A DNA stretch of 64,000 nucleotides from Myxococcota bacterium (GTDB lineage Bacteria > Myxococcota_A > UBA796 > UBA2385). Positions 9,827 through 19,589 of the stretch are shown one piece after another. Made by a program: the position numbers and the translations under genes. Under the pieces are notes generated by a model. It ran no database searches and had not been told where the DNA came from. It saw only the letters and a list, made by a program, of their open reading frames with translations. Location: contig JBIJDH010000002.1 in NCBI GenBank assembly GCA_044344255.1, positions 263,893-327,892 on the forward strand, given 5' to 3'. Within the stretch, counting starts at the first letter, position 1. Every line of letters starts with the position of its first letter.

Positions 9827-10660
9827 ATGTCGGATCGGATCCCCGAGCGCGGCGAGGCCGAGGGCCGCGTCCACCTCGAGCTCAAGGAGGGCACCGCCGA
9901 GCTCTGGCTGGACCGCCCGGCCCGCCGCAACGCCCTCGACTGGACCATGTGGCTGCGCCTCGACGCGCTCTTGCAGGAGGCGGCCCTCGCCCGGCCGCGG
10001 GCCCTCGTGCTGCGCGGCGAGGGGCCGAACTTCTGCTCGGGGATGGACCTCAAGCCCGACAACCCCATCGCGGGGCGCGCCCTCGCCGCGATCCTCGGGC
10101 AGGACGTGGAGGCCGCCCGCGGCATCTTGCACGACCTCAAGGCCATCCTGGCCCGCCTCGCCGCCTTCCCAGCCCCCACCATCGCCGCCATCGAGGGGGT
10201 CTGCGTGGGCGGCGGCCTCGAGCTCGCCCTCTGCTGCGACGTGCGTATCGCGGCCACCGACGCCCGCTTCGCGCTCCCTGAGGTCCGAATCGGCATGATC
10301 CCCGACCTCGGCGGCACGGCGCGAGCCTCGCGGCTGATCGGGCGGGGGCGCGCCGTCCTGCTCATCTGCGGCGGCGCGCCGATCTACGGCGAAGAAGCCC
10401 ACCGCTTCGGCCTCGTCGACCGCCTCGTCCCCACCGGCGGGGCGCGGACCTCCGCCCTCGCCCTCGCCGCCGACATCCGTCGCGGTGGGCCGATCGCCGT
10501 CAGCCTCGCGCTCGACACGCTGCGCGCCACCGGGGAGCTCCCCCTGGAGGACGCGCTCGAGCAGGAGACGGAGGCCGGCGCGCAGGCCATCGCGTCCGGG
10601 GAGGGCCAGGAGGGGCTCACCGCCTGGATCGAGCGGCGGGAGCCCCGCTGGGAAGCCTGA
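9827..10660 (+). CDS. enoyl-CoA hydratase/isomerase family protein
   Basis: Crotonase fold motifs (..RPARRNAL.., CSGMDL, IAAIEGVCVGGGLELAL..). Start at Met 43 of the track ORF, preceded by GGGAGGAG. Confidence 0.85.
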   Translation: MSDRIPERGEAEGRVHLELKEGTAELWLDRPARRNALDWTMWLRLDALLQEAALARPRALVLRGEGPNFCSGMDLKPDNPIAGRALAAILGQDVEAARGILHDLKAILARLAAFPAPTIAAIEGVCVGGGLELALCCDVRIAATDARFALPEVRIGMIPDLGGTARASRLIGRGRAVLLICGGAPIYGEEAHRFGLVDRLVPTGGARTSALALAADIRRGGPIAVSLALDTLRATGELPLEDALEQETEAGAQAIASGEGQEGLTAWIERREPRWEA

Positions 10661-10669
10661 GGGCGGGGA

Positions 10670-11848
10670 TCAGGGCAGGGCGAGGGCCCCCTCGTCCACC
10701 CGCTCGACCTTCTTCACCGACTTGTCGGTGAGCTCCTTCACGGTGGCCTCGGCCCAGGTCTGGTAGGCCTTCTCGTCCTCGAAGGGCTCGGCCGGCACCT
10801 TGTAGACGATGTGCTCTTCGGCCTTGCAGCTCGAGGCGAGGTCGAGCGACCAGCGGCCCTTCACGTTGTCGCGGATCTTCTGCTCGAACTGATCCCCCCA
10901 GGTGTTGCCCTTCTCCCAGACCTGGGCGACGTGGATGCGCTGGGAGGTCTTGTCCTTCTTGCAGGTGGCCGTCTCGGAGACGACGGCGCCCCACATCAGG
11001 CGGCCCTCCTTGTTGGCGGCCTTCTTGTGGTACACGCCGGCGAGCTTGTCGGCGGCGGCCTCGTCGCCGAGCGAGCTCAAGGTGAGGCGGGCCTGCTCGA
11101 CGGCCTTCCGCTTGAGGTGAGGGGCGGCCTCGACGATCGCGGCCACCGCGGCCGCGGAGGCCTTCGGATCCGCCCCGGAAGGAGAGCCCACGCCAGCGGC
11201 GTCGGGGAAGGCGTTGACCACGTTGGACTGCACCTCGGCGTCCTCGACCTTGAGCAGGAGCTGCTTGAGGCGGGGGACGGCCTCGCCGCCGGCGCTGCGG
11301 GCGTAGGTCTCGAGCACGCTGAAGAAGCGGCTCTTGTCGTTCTGGGGCCCCTTCTCGAGCTCGGTCCACAGGATGTCCTGAACCGCGGGGACGTGGCAGG
11401 AGGCGAGCGCGCGGTACCAGCGCTGGTCCCAGAACTCCTGCGGCTTCGCCTTGGCCCGGTCGACGAAGAAGGACTGCATCGCAGGGTCGTCGTTACACTT
11501 CTCGCCAAAGCCCTTGATGGCGGAGGCGCGATCGTCGGACTGCAGCTTCTCGACCCACAAGGAGGCCGCCCCTGCGGCGCCGATGTCGACGGCCTTGACG
11601 GCGGCGGCGAGGCCGCTCGTGTTGAAGGCCATCTTGGGGAAGGCGTTGTTGGCGAGCTTGCCTGCGGCCTGGGGGTTGCAGTCCGCGAGCTCCATGAACA
11701 GGGGGGCGATCTCCGCGCCCTCTGCGAGGCCGAGCTTCTGACCGAGGGACTTGGCGTCACAGGCGGCGGCGGCCGCGGGGGTGCCGGCGGAGGCGGGCAT
11801 CACCGCGCTGAGCGAGAGGAGGCCGAGGGAGATGAGGAGAGTGGGCAT
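10670..11848 (-). CDS. secreted hypothetical protein (Lys-rich)
   Basis: 392 aa with cleavable signal peptide MPTLLISLGLLSLSAVMPASA. Unusually Lys/Glu-rich for this genome. No recognised catalytic motif. Confidence 0.7.
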   Translation of the reverse strand: MPTLLISLGLLSLSAVMPASAGTPAAAAACDAKSLGQKLGLAEGAEIAPLFMELADCNPQAAGKLANNAFPKMAFNTSGLAAAVKAVDIGAAGAASLWVEKLQSDDRASAIKGFGEKCNDDPAMQSFFVDRAKAKPQEFWDQRWYRALASCHVPAVQDILWTELEKGPQNDKSRFFSVLETYARSAGGEAVPRLKQLLLKVEDAEVQSNVVNAFPDAAGVGSPSGADPKASAAAVAAIVEAAPHLKRKAVEQARLTLSSLGDEAAADKLAGVYHKKAANKEGRLMWGAVVSETATCKKDKTSQRIHVAQVWEKGNTWGDQFEQKIRDNVKGRWSLDLASSCKAEEHIVYKVPAEPFEDEKAYQTWAEATVKELTDKSVKKVERVDEGALALP

Positions 11849-12047
11849 CGAATTCAGCTCCGAGGGCGGGGCGGAGTAACGAACCCCCGCGCTCCGTCAA
11901 CACCGCACCGCCGCTTCGCATCACCGATCCTGACAGGCCCTTCGCAGACGGCGCTTGCGGGCGCCCCCCGGCGGTGTGATTCTGGGGGCGCTTGGAGTCG
12001 ACCATGCCGCTGCCCTGCTCTATGAATTGTTCGCCGAAGTTTCCCGA

Positions 12048-12107
12048 GAAGATGTCTGTTGTGAAGATGTCTGTTGAGACGATGTCTGCGGAGAGGGTGT
12101 CGGCCGG
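12048..12107 (+). repeat. 4 tandem ~15-bp units (GAAGATGTCTGTTGT / GAAGATGTCTGTTGA / GACGATGTCTGCGGA / degenerate) spanning the lipoprotein start
   Basis: Read directly. Each of the first three units carries an in-frame ATG preceded by GA(A/C)G. Confidence 0.8.
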
Positions 12108-12978
12108 CGCGCCATGGGGTGGGCGCCCGCTGGTGCTGCTCGCGGCGCTGGCGATCGCCTGTGGCCCCACGTTCACGAGCTCCTCCGGCAAGTCTGTCTC
12201 CGGCTCGGGCGACGGCACCGAAGGGGAGGCGGAGGGTCAGGACACCGGCGAGGGGGAGGGCACCCCCGAGGACACTGGCCCCACCCAGGAGGAGCTCGAC
12301 CTCGAGTGGGACGGCGCCCGCCTGGAGATCCTCTCGCCCCACTCCGGTGACTTCATCCCCTTGGGAGAGACGGCGGGCTTCGAGGCCGTCGTCTACGACG
12401 CCGCCGGGGAGGCCACCTCCTTCACTGACATCACCTGGACGAGCGACATCGACGCCGCCTGGGCCCCCACGGGCGCCTTGTTCGAGGACAGCACGCTCGG
12501 CGTGGGCGAGCACGCGCTCACCGCCACCGCGCTCCTCCCGAATGGGGACCGCCTCGCCTACGCCGTGGGCGGGGTGCTGGTGCAGGCCGAAGACGCGGGC
12601 ACCTACGCCGGTGACCTCAAGGTTGACCTCACGCTCAGCTACGGCGGCACCGACTACCCCGCCTCCTGCATCGGGTCGGCCACGATCATCGTCGATGTCT
12701 ACGGCGAGGCCGCGACCGGCGAGGCCGGCTGCACGCTGTCGCTGCTCGGCTACGAGCTCGACGCCTCGCACACCTTCGACTACACGCTGGTCGACGGTGA
12801 CGTCAGCGGGGACTCCAGCGTGAACCTCTACTTCACCGAGTACGCCTTCGACACCGTCGGCACCATCGGCGATGGAGCCCTCCTCACCACCTGGGCCGAC
12901 AGCCCCTTCGATGGCATGACGATCGAGGGCGAGCTCGACGTGGTGCGCCTCACGCGCGACACCGAGGCCGGCGGCTGA
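12082..12978 (+). CDS. lipoprotein, hypothetical
   Basis: Signal peptide plus lipobox (..RPLVLLAALAIAC G). Start set at the third in-frame ATG because codons upstream (aat tgt ttt tct gtt) have non-genomic low GC3 and form tandem repeats. The track ORF begins at 11992. Confidence 0.65.
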   Translation: MSAERVSAGAPWGGRPLVLLAALAIACGPTFTSSSGKSVSGSGDGTEGEAEGQDTGEGEGTPEDTGPTQEELDLEWDGARLEILSPHSGDFIPLGETAGFEAVVYDAAGEATSFTDITWTSDIDAAWAPTGALFEDSTLGVGEHALTATALLPNGDRLAYAVGGVLVQAEDAGTYAGDLKVDLTLSYGGTDYPASCIGSATIIVDVYGEAATGEAGCTLSLLGYELDASHTFDYTLVDGDVSGDSSVNLYFTEYAFDTVGTIGDGALLTTWADSPFDGMTIEGELDVVRLTRDTEAGG

Positions 12979-12987
12979 GCACGGCGC

Positions 12988-13596
12988 GTGGGCTCGCTCG
13001 CCGGTCGCCTTCGGCCCCCGCTCGTCGGGATAGCCCTCCTGCTCGGGGGCTGCGCGAGCCCGCGGCTGCTCCGGATGGAGAACGACCTGCTGGCCGAGCA
13101 GAGCGCGGCGCTCCGCGGCGAGGTGGAGGCCTGCCGGGGCGCCTCGCCCCCCGCCGACTTCGCGGCCGTCGTCACCCTCGACCTGATCCGCGGCTACCTC
13201 GCCCGCGTCGGCTTCGACGAGGTGCGGGTGGGTCCGGGCGAGCTGCTCACCTTCACGGTGCAGGGCCAGAACACCGTCTTTGACGTCGCGGTGCAGCTCT
13301 TCCACGAGGAGCACGTGCTCTTCCTGTCGACGCACCGCTACCTCAGCCTGGAGGCCGCGAGCAGCTCCGGCAACATGGTGCTCCTGCTCACGCAGCTCGT
13401 CTCGCTCAATTACGACATGCTGCTCGGGAAGTTCCAATTGAACCCGCGCACCGGCGACATCGCGCTCTCGGTCGAGCTCTACCTCGACGACGGGCTCGGT
13501 TACCGAAGCTTTCGCACCGCCCTGGCCCACCTCGTTCGCACCGCCGATGACCGCTACCCCGAGCTCCGCCGCGCCGCGCGGGGAGAGGGCCTGTGA
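12988..13596 (+). CDS. YbjN-like lipoprotein (putative)
   Basis: GTG start. Lipoprotein signal LVGIALLLGGC. The middle region resembles the YbjN/T3SS-chaperone-like fold (weak, from sequence pattern only). Confidence 0.55.
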   Translation: MGSLAGRLRPPLVGIALLLGGCASPRLLRMENDLLAEQSAALRGEVEACRGASPPADFAAVVTLDLIRGYLARVGFDEVRVGPGELLTFTVQGQNTVFDVAVQLFHEEHVLFLSTHRYLSLEAASSSGNMVLLLTQLVSLNYDMLLGKFQLNPRTGDIALSVELYLDDGLGYRSFRTALAHLVRTADDRYPELRRAARGEGL

Positions 13597-13617
13597 TCAG
13601 TCCGCCTTGAGGATCCC

Positions 13618-15009
13618 ATGCACGCCGCCTGCGTCACCCCGCTCTACCTCCTCGGCCTCATGCTGGCCGGCCCCGACCGCCCGGCCTCGATCGGCTATGT
13701 GGACAGTGAGGCCTTCCCGATCCGCTGTCACTGGTCGGAGGAGTCTGAAGAGGACAAGTGTTCAGACGTGCTCGAGTCGGCGGAGCTCGCTTGGCAGGTG
13801 CAGGTGGTGGACGGCGGCTTCAACGAGCCGATGGGTGATGACGACGGTATCCTCGACATCTACCTCACGACCGACGGCACCGGCGGCGGCGCTTACACCC
13901 TCGGCACCTATGAGGACGACGACGGCGGCGATGACCGCAAGGGCTGCTCCAGCTACATCGCCATCGACTCCAGCATCTCCCGCGGTGCGCTCCCCTCTTT
14001 CGTCGTGCACGAATTCCAGCACGTGACCCAGTACGCGACCGACTTCCTCGAGCCCACGCTGCCGATCTGGGAGGCCGTCGCCGCCTCGGCAGAACAGTGG
14101 ACGGTCGAGAGCCTCGAGGTGGCCGGTTACTATGTCAAGGACTTCCAGCGCGAGCCCTGGCTCGGCATCCTCGGTGACTCCTACGAGCTCAGCTACTACT
14201 CGCTCTACGAGTACGGGGCGGCCGTCTGGATCCTCCACCTCGACGCCAACTGGGGCGATGAAAACGGCGCCGCCGCGCGAGACCTCTGGGAGGCCGCCGC
14301 CCAGAACGACTGGAACAACGAGCCCGACGTGCTCGACGCCTACGACGCCGTCACCGGCGATTGGAAGGCCGCCCTCGTCGACCTGAGCATCCAGCGGGCG
14401 CGCATCGGCACCGACCTCGCGCCGAATTGGACCGCCGCGCTCGATGAGTCGCGGATGGCGGTCAGCGTCGACCAGGACATCGACGCCGCCTCGCTCCCCG
14501 TGACCGCAGAGAGCATCGACGGGCCGGTGCCCACCGGCGTGGCCTACTTCCAGGTCGACAACCTCACGGAGGGGGAGCCCGTCACCTTCACGGTCACCTC
14601 CGACGCAAACACCACCTGGGGGCTGGTGGTGGTCGAAGGCGAGCGGGACGGCAGCGCGATGGGCCAGGGCCTCGAGTGGACCCCGGAGGCGAGCTCTCTG
14701 CTCGTGGGCGTGCTGAGCTTCGGCAAGGACGGCTTCGACGCCGACGCCCGGCTGAATCAAGCCAGCTTCACCCTTGAGATCTCGGGGGCCGAGGAGGGCG
14801 ACTCGGGTGACACCGGCGAGACCGACGATGGATCGGGGGACGGCGGCGGTGGAGGCGGCGGTGGCGGTGCCGGTGGCGGGAAGGGCTGCGGCTGCGCGAG
14901 CCCCTCAGGCGCGACCCCCTTCGGCGGCACGGTGCAGCCCGGGCTGCTCGGCCTCCTGCTCGCCGGGCTCGCGCTCCGGCGGCGGGCCCGCGACGACGAC
15001 CGGGCCTGA
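13618..15009 (+). CDS. HExxH zinc-metallopeptidase-like surface protein with MYXO-CTERM sorting signal
   Basis: VVHEFQHV zinc-binding motif. C-terminus is a Gly-rich linker followed by GCGCASP.., a hydrophobic helix (LLGLLLAGLAL) and RRRAR, which is the architecture of the Myxococcales MYXO-CTERM domain. Confidence 0.75.
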   Translation: MHAACVTPLYLLGLMLAGPDRPASIGYVDSEAFPIRCHWSEESEEDKCSDVLESAELAWQVQVVDGGFNEPMGDDDGILDIYLTTDGTGGGAYTLGTYEDDDGGDDRKGCSSYIAIDSSISRGALPSFVVHEFQHVTQYATDFLEPTLPIWEAVAASAEQWTVESLEVAGYYVKDFQREPWLGILGDSYELSYYSLYEYGAAVWILHLDANWGDENGAAARDLWEAAAQNDWNNEPDVLDAYDAVTGDWKAALVDLSIQRARIGTDLAPNWTAALDESRMAVSVDQDIDAASLPVTAESIDGPVPTGVAYFQVDNLTEGEPVTFTVTSDANTTWGLVVVEGERDGSAMGQGLEWTPEASSLLVGVLSFGKDGFDADARLNQASFTLEISGAEEGDSGDTGETDDGSGDGGGGGGGGGAGGGKGCGCASPSGATPFGGTVQPGLLGLLLAGLALRRRARDDDRA

Positions 15010-15017
15010 GTCGCCTC

Positions 15018-15863
15018 ATGCGCGCGCTGATCACAGGGGCGCAGGGGCGGCTCGCCGCCCGCTTCATCGAGCGGATGGGCGTCACAGACGAGCTGCTCGC
15101 CCTCTCGCCGGTCCCCGTGGCGCATCTCGGCGTGCCCTGCGCCGTTGGGGAGATCGACACGCCCGGCCTGATGGAGGCGCTGGCGCCGGGCTGCGAGACC
15201 CTCGTCCACTTCGCCCCCGACGCTCTCCGCACGATCGAGTCGCCCGAGGCCCGGGAGGCCGCCACGCGACGGCTGCTCGAGGCCGCGGTGCGGGTGGGGA
15301 TCCGTCGCCTCGTCTACGTCAGCTCGGCCTGGGCCCCCGAGGCGGGGGACGCGGCCGCCGAGGCCCTCGCCCTCGCGGGCGGCCCCCTGCGCGGCGTCCT
15401 GCTGCAGACCCCGCTCCTCCTCGGCCCCGATGACGCCTGGGGCCACGCCGCCGGGCTCCTTCGCTGGGCCCTCGACCCCACCCTCCCGGCGCTCTCGGTG
15501 GCTGAGGCGGAGCGCCCGATCAGCTTCATCGACGAGCGAGACCTCCAGGGCGCCCTCGAGGCGGCGCTCCACCGCGGCCAGGCGGGTCGCTGTTACCCCC
15601 TCGCGGGGGGGCTGGCGGGCTGGTCGGCGCTGCGGGACCGCTGTCGTTGGCTGGCGGCGACCGCCGAGCCGGAGGCCGCCTTGCGCTTGCACGGGCCGGT
15701 CGACCTCCGCTATGGGCAAGTGGGCCTCGACCCCGACGACCGGGAGGCCCGCCGCGACCTCGGCTGGTGGAACCGCGACCCCGACCGCAGTCTCGACGAC
15801 GCCGTCCGGGCCTGGCTCCGCCGGGAGGCGACCGTCTCGCTTACAGGCTCCGCGGATCCGTGA
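15018..15863 (+). CDS. NAD-dependent epimerase/dehydratase-like protein
   Basis: N-terminal Rossmann-like MRALITGAQGRLA. 281 aa. 3' end overlaps the convergent aconitase-family gene by about 23 nt. Confidence 0.5.
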   Translation: MRALITGAQGRLAARFIERMGVTDELLALSPVPVAHLGVPCAVGEIDTPGLMEALAPGCETLVHFAPDALRTIESPEAREAATRRLLEAAVRVGIRRLVYVSSAWAPEAGDAAAEALALAGGPLRGVLLQTPLLLGPDDAWGHAAGLLRWALDPTLPALSVAEAERPISFIDERDLQGALEAALHRGQAGRCYPLAGGLAGWSALRDRCRWLAATAEPEAALRLHGPVDLRYGQVGLDPDDREARRDLGWWNRDPDRSLDDAVRAWLRREATVSLTGSADP

Positions 15864-17766
15864 GCTTTCCGGTGACGGCGCTGGCCGCCGCGACGGCCGG
15901 GCTCACGAGGTAGACCGGGCCGGGGCCGCCCATGCGGCGATCGAAGTTCCGGTTGGTGGTGCTGGCGGTGACCTCGCCTGCGAGGGGGATCCCCGGCCCG
16001 TTGCCGATGCAGCTCCCGCAGCCGGGCTCGCTGACGACCGCGCCCTTGGCCCGGAAGAGGGCGAGCAGGCCCTGGGCCTCGGCGGCCTCGGCCACGGCGG
16101 TGGAGGAGGGGGTGACCGTGACCCGCACGCCCGCGTGGATGTGGCGCTCGCGCAGCACGTCGGCGGCGGCGCGCAGATCGGAGAGTGAGCCCCCGGTGCA
16201 GCTCGCGATGACGACGTTGTGGATCGCGACCTCCCCGGCCTCCGAGAGGGCCACGCGGTTGCGGGAGTCGCCCGGCGTGGCCACCGTCAAGGGGACCAGG
16301 TCGAGATCGACCTCGATCACGCGCTCGTAGTGGGCCCCCTCGTCGGGGTAGACCATCCGCTCGGCGTAGTCGTGGCCGCGCTGGGCCTTGAGGAACTCGA
16401 AGAGGGGGGCGCAGGGCTCGACCACGCCGGTCATCAGCCCACCCTCGACGGTCATGTTGGTGATGACCGACAGCTCGTCGACGTTCCACTGGTCGAGCCC
16501 GGGGCCGCCGAGCTGGATGACGCAGGTGTCGGTGGGGCCGCTCCGCCAATGCTCCTCGCGGAAGTAGGGGTCACCGATGAGGTGCAGCACGAGGTCTTTG
16601 GGGGAGAGGACCCCGCGGGCGCTGCCGCGCACCAGGACGCGCACCACCTTCGGCACCGTGACGGGGATGAGGCCCGTGCGCAGCGAGAAGGACATCGCGG
16701 TGGAGCCCACCCCGAAGGCGAAGGCGTTGAGCACGCCCGCGGTGGGGGTGTGGGAGTCGGTGAGGATGACGATGTCGCCGGGGCGGGCGTAGTCCTCGAC
16801 CACGATGCGGTGGCAGACGCCGGCGGGGTAGGGCCGACCGGGCCCGTGGACGCGGAGCCCGTGCTGCTCGGCGGCGTCGAACATCTCGCGGGCGAGCTGG
16901 CGGGCCGGCTCGAGGCGGGCCTTCTTGACCGAGGCGGGCACGGTGGCGTGATCGATGAGGACGAAGTGGTCCTCGAAGCAGGCCACCTGATCGGGATCGT
17001 GCACCGGCGCGGCGCCGAAGGCCTCTGTGTAGAGTGCCATGCACATGCCGGCCGTGTATTCGTGCATGCCCCGGAAGCCGGCGCGGCAGAGGACCTGATC
17101 GCCCGGGCCCACCGCGCCGAGGCCGAAGGTGGGGCCCGCCTCGCCGCGGCCGGTCCAGGCGGCGGCGGCGATGATCTTCTCGACCGCGTTCATCGGCCGC
17201 GAAACGACCGCGGTGTCGTACCAGGGCACGGTCTCGCCAGCGAGCCAGGCCATGCCGTACTGGAGCAGACCCCCGGCCTCCGACACCTGCCGGAAGAAGG
17301 GGGGGAGCGCGTCGTAGAACTCCGTGATGTCGACGTCCTGGCCGCCCTTCAGGCGGTCGAGCACGCCGAAGTCCGTGGTGAAGGGCATCCCCCCGTAGAC
17401 CATGTTCTCCTGGAAGATGCGCTGGAAGCTGTGGGCCACCACGAGCTCGATGCCGGCGCCCTGGTGCGCCACCACGGCGACCTCGCGGCTGGAGCCCGAG
17501 CCATAGGCGTCGCCGCCGACGATGACCTGAAAGCCACCCTCCTGGACAGACTCCTTCTTCACCGTCTCTTTGAAGTTCTCGAGGAAGTAGGGGCCCAGGA
17601 TGGGGGGCGTGTAGCCGAGGGTGCAGGCCGCCCCGGAGATCATGGCGTCGGTGTTGACGCCGTAGGTCAACGCCTCCCCGCCGTAGTCCAAGTCGGCGCC
17701 AGCGAGCTGCGCGCGGAGGGGTGCCTGATCATCGGTCAAGTAGAGGATGCGGCCCTTGAGCTTCAT
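15841..17766 (-). CDS. aconitase family protein (LeuD-like swivel domain N-terminal to LeuC-like catalytic domain)
   Basis: 641 aa from MKLKGRILYLTDDQ. Swivel-domain motifs (GDAYGSGSSRE..) precede a catalytic domain carrying the Fe-S ligand cysteines (..SCTGGS.., ..GCGSCIGN..) and TTNRNFDRRMG. The upstream 148 aa of the track ORF are an antisense artefact. Confidence 0.85.
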   Translation of the reverse strand: MKLKGRILYLTDDQAPLRAQLAGADLDYGGEALTYGVNTDAMISGAACTLGYTPPILGPYFLENFKETVKKESVQEGGFQVIVGGDAYGSGSSREVAVVAHQGAGIELVVAHSFQRIFQENMVYGGMPFTTDFGVLDRLKGGQDVDITEFYDALPPFFRQVSEAGGLLQYGMAWLAGETVPWYDTAVVSRPMNAVEKIIAAAAWTGRGEAGPTFGLGAVGPGDQVLCRAGFRGMHEYTAGMCMALYTEAFGAAPVHDPDQVACFEDHFVLIDHATVPASVKKARLEPARQLAREMFDAAEQHGLRVHGPGRPYPAGVCHRIVVEDYARPGDIVILTDSHTPTAGVLNAFAFGVGSTAMSFSLRTGLIPVTVPKVVRVLVRGSARGVLSPKDLVLHLIGDPYFREEHWRSGPTDTCVIQLGGPGLDQWNVDELSVITNMTVEGGLMTGVVEPCAPLFEFLKAQRGHDYAERMVYPDEGAHYERVIEVDLDLVPLTVATPGDSRNRVALSEAGEVAIHNVVIASCTGGSLSDLRAAADVLRERHIHAGVRVTVTPSSTAVAEAAEAQGLLALFRAKGAVVSEPGCGSCIGNGPGIPLAGEVTASTTNRNFDRRMGGPGPVYLVSPAVAAASAVTGKLTDPRSL

Positions 17767-17792
17767 ACGGCGGTCTCCAGGAGGCCGGCCGA

Positions 17793-18715
<923 letters not shown>

Positions 18716-18719
<4 letters not shown>

Positions 18720-19489
18720 TCGAGCTCCAGCACCACGGGTGCGTGATCGGAGGTCTTCTCGAGCTTGCGGGTGGCGCGATCGATCTCCACCGACCGGACC
18801 CGGGCGAGCACGCTCCGGCTCACGAGGTGGTGGTCGATGCGCATGCCGAAGCCGCGCTGGAAGCCGCCGCCGCGGTAGTCCCACCAGGTGTGGGCGTAGC
18901 GGCCGCTCTCGTCGCCGTGGAGGTGGCGCCAGGCGTCGGTGAGGCCGAGGTCGAGCAGGGACTGGAAGCGCCGCCGCTCGGGCTCGCTGCAGAGCACCTT
19001 GTCCTTCCAGGCGACAGGGTCCCAGACGTCGCGGTCGTCGGGGGCGATGTTGAAGTCTCCGCAGACCACGAGGGCGTCGTCGGCCGGGGTGTCTGTCGGG
19101 AGCCAGGCCTGGAGGGCGTCGAGCCACTCGAGCTTGTAGGCGTACTTCTCCGAGCCTACCTCTTGGCCGTTCACGACGTAGAGGTTGACCACCCGAACCC
19201 CGCCGGTGGTGGCGGCGATGCCGCGGGCCTGCGGATCGCCGGCGAGGGGCACCCCGGTGACGACGTGGCTGAGCGGGGTTCGGGAGGCGATGGCCACGCC
19301 GTTGTAGGTCTTTTGGCCCGAGAGCACGACGTTGTAGCCGGCCTCGTCAAAGACCTCGTGGGGGAACTGCTCCTCGACACACTTGAGCTCTTGGAGGCAG
19401 AGCACGTCGGGCTTGTGGGTGGCCAGCCACTCCGGCAGGAGGTGGAGGCGGGCCCGGATCGAGTTGATGTTCCACGTCGTGATGCGCAT
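18716..19489 (-). CDS. xth: exodeoxyribonuclease III
   Basis: 257 aa with MRITTWNINSIRAR.., ..LCLQELK.. and ..DFNIAPDD.. (EEP nuclease family). Confidence 0.92.
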
Positions 19490-19589
19490 CGGGCCGCCTT
19501 AACCGGGGGCCCCGCGCCCGCGCACGGCCCTTGCCCGACGGCCCCCCCTCTTGTAAGGTCGGCCCCCCACAGGCACCTCCGGCGGATGG

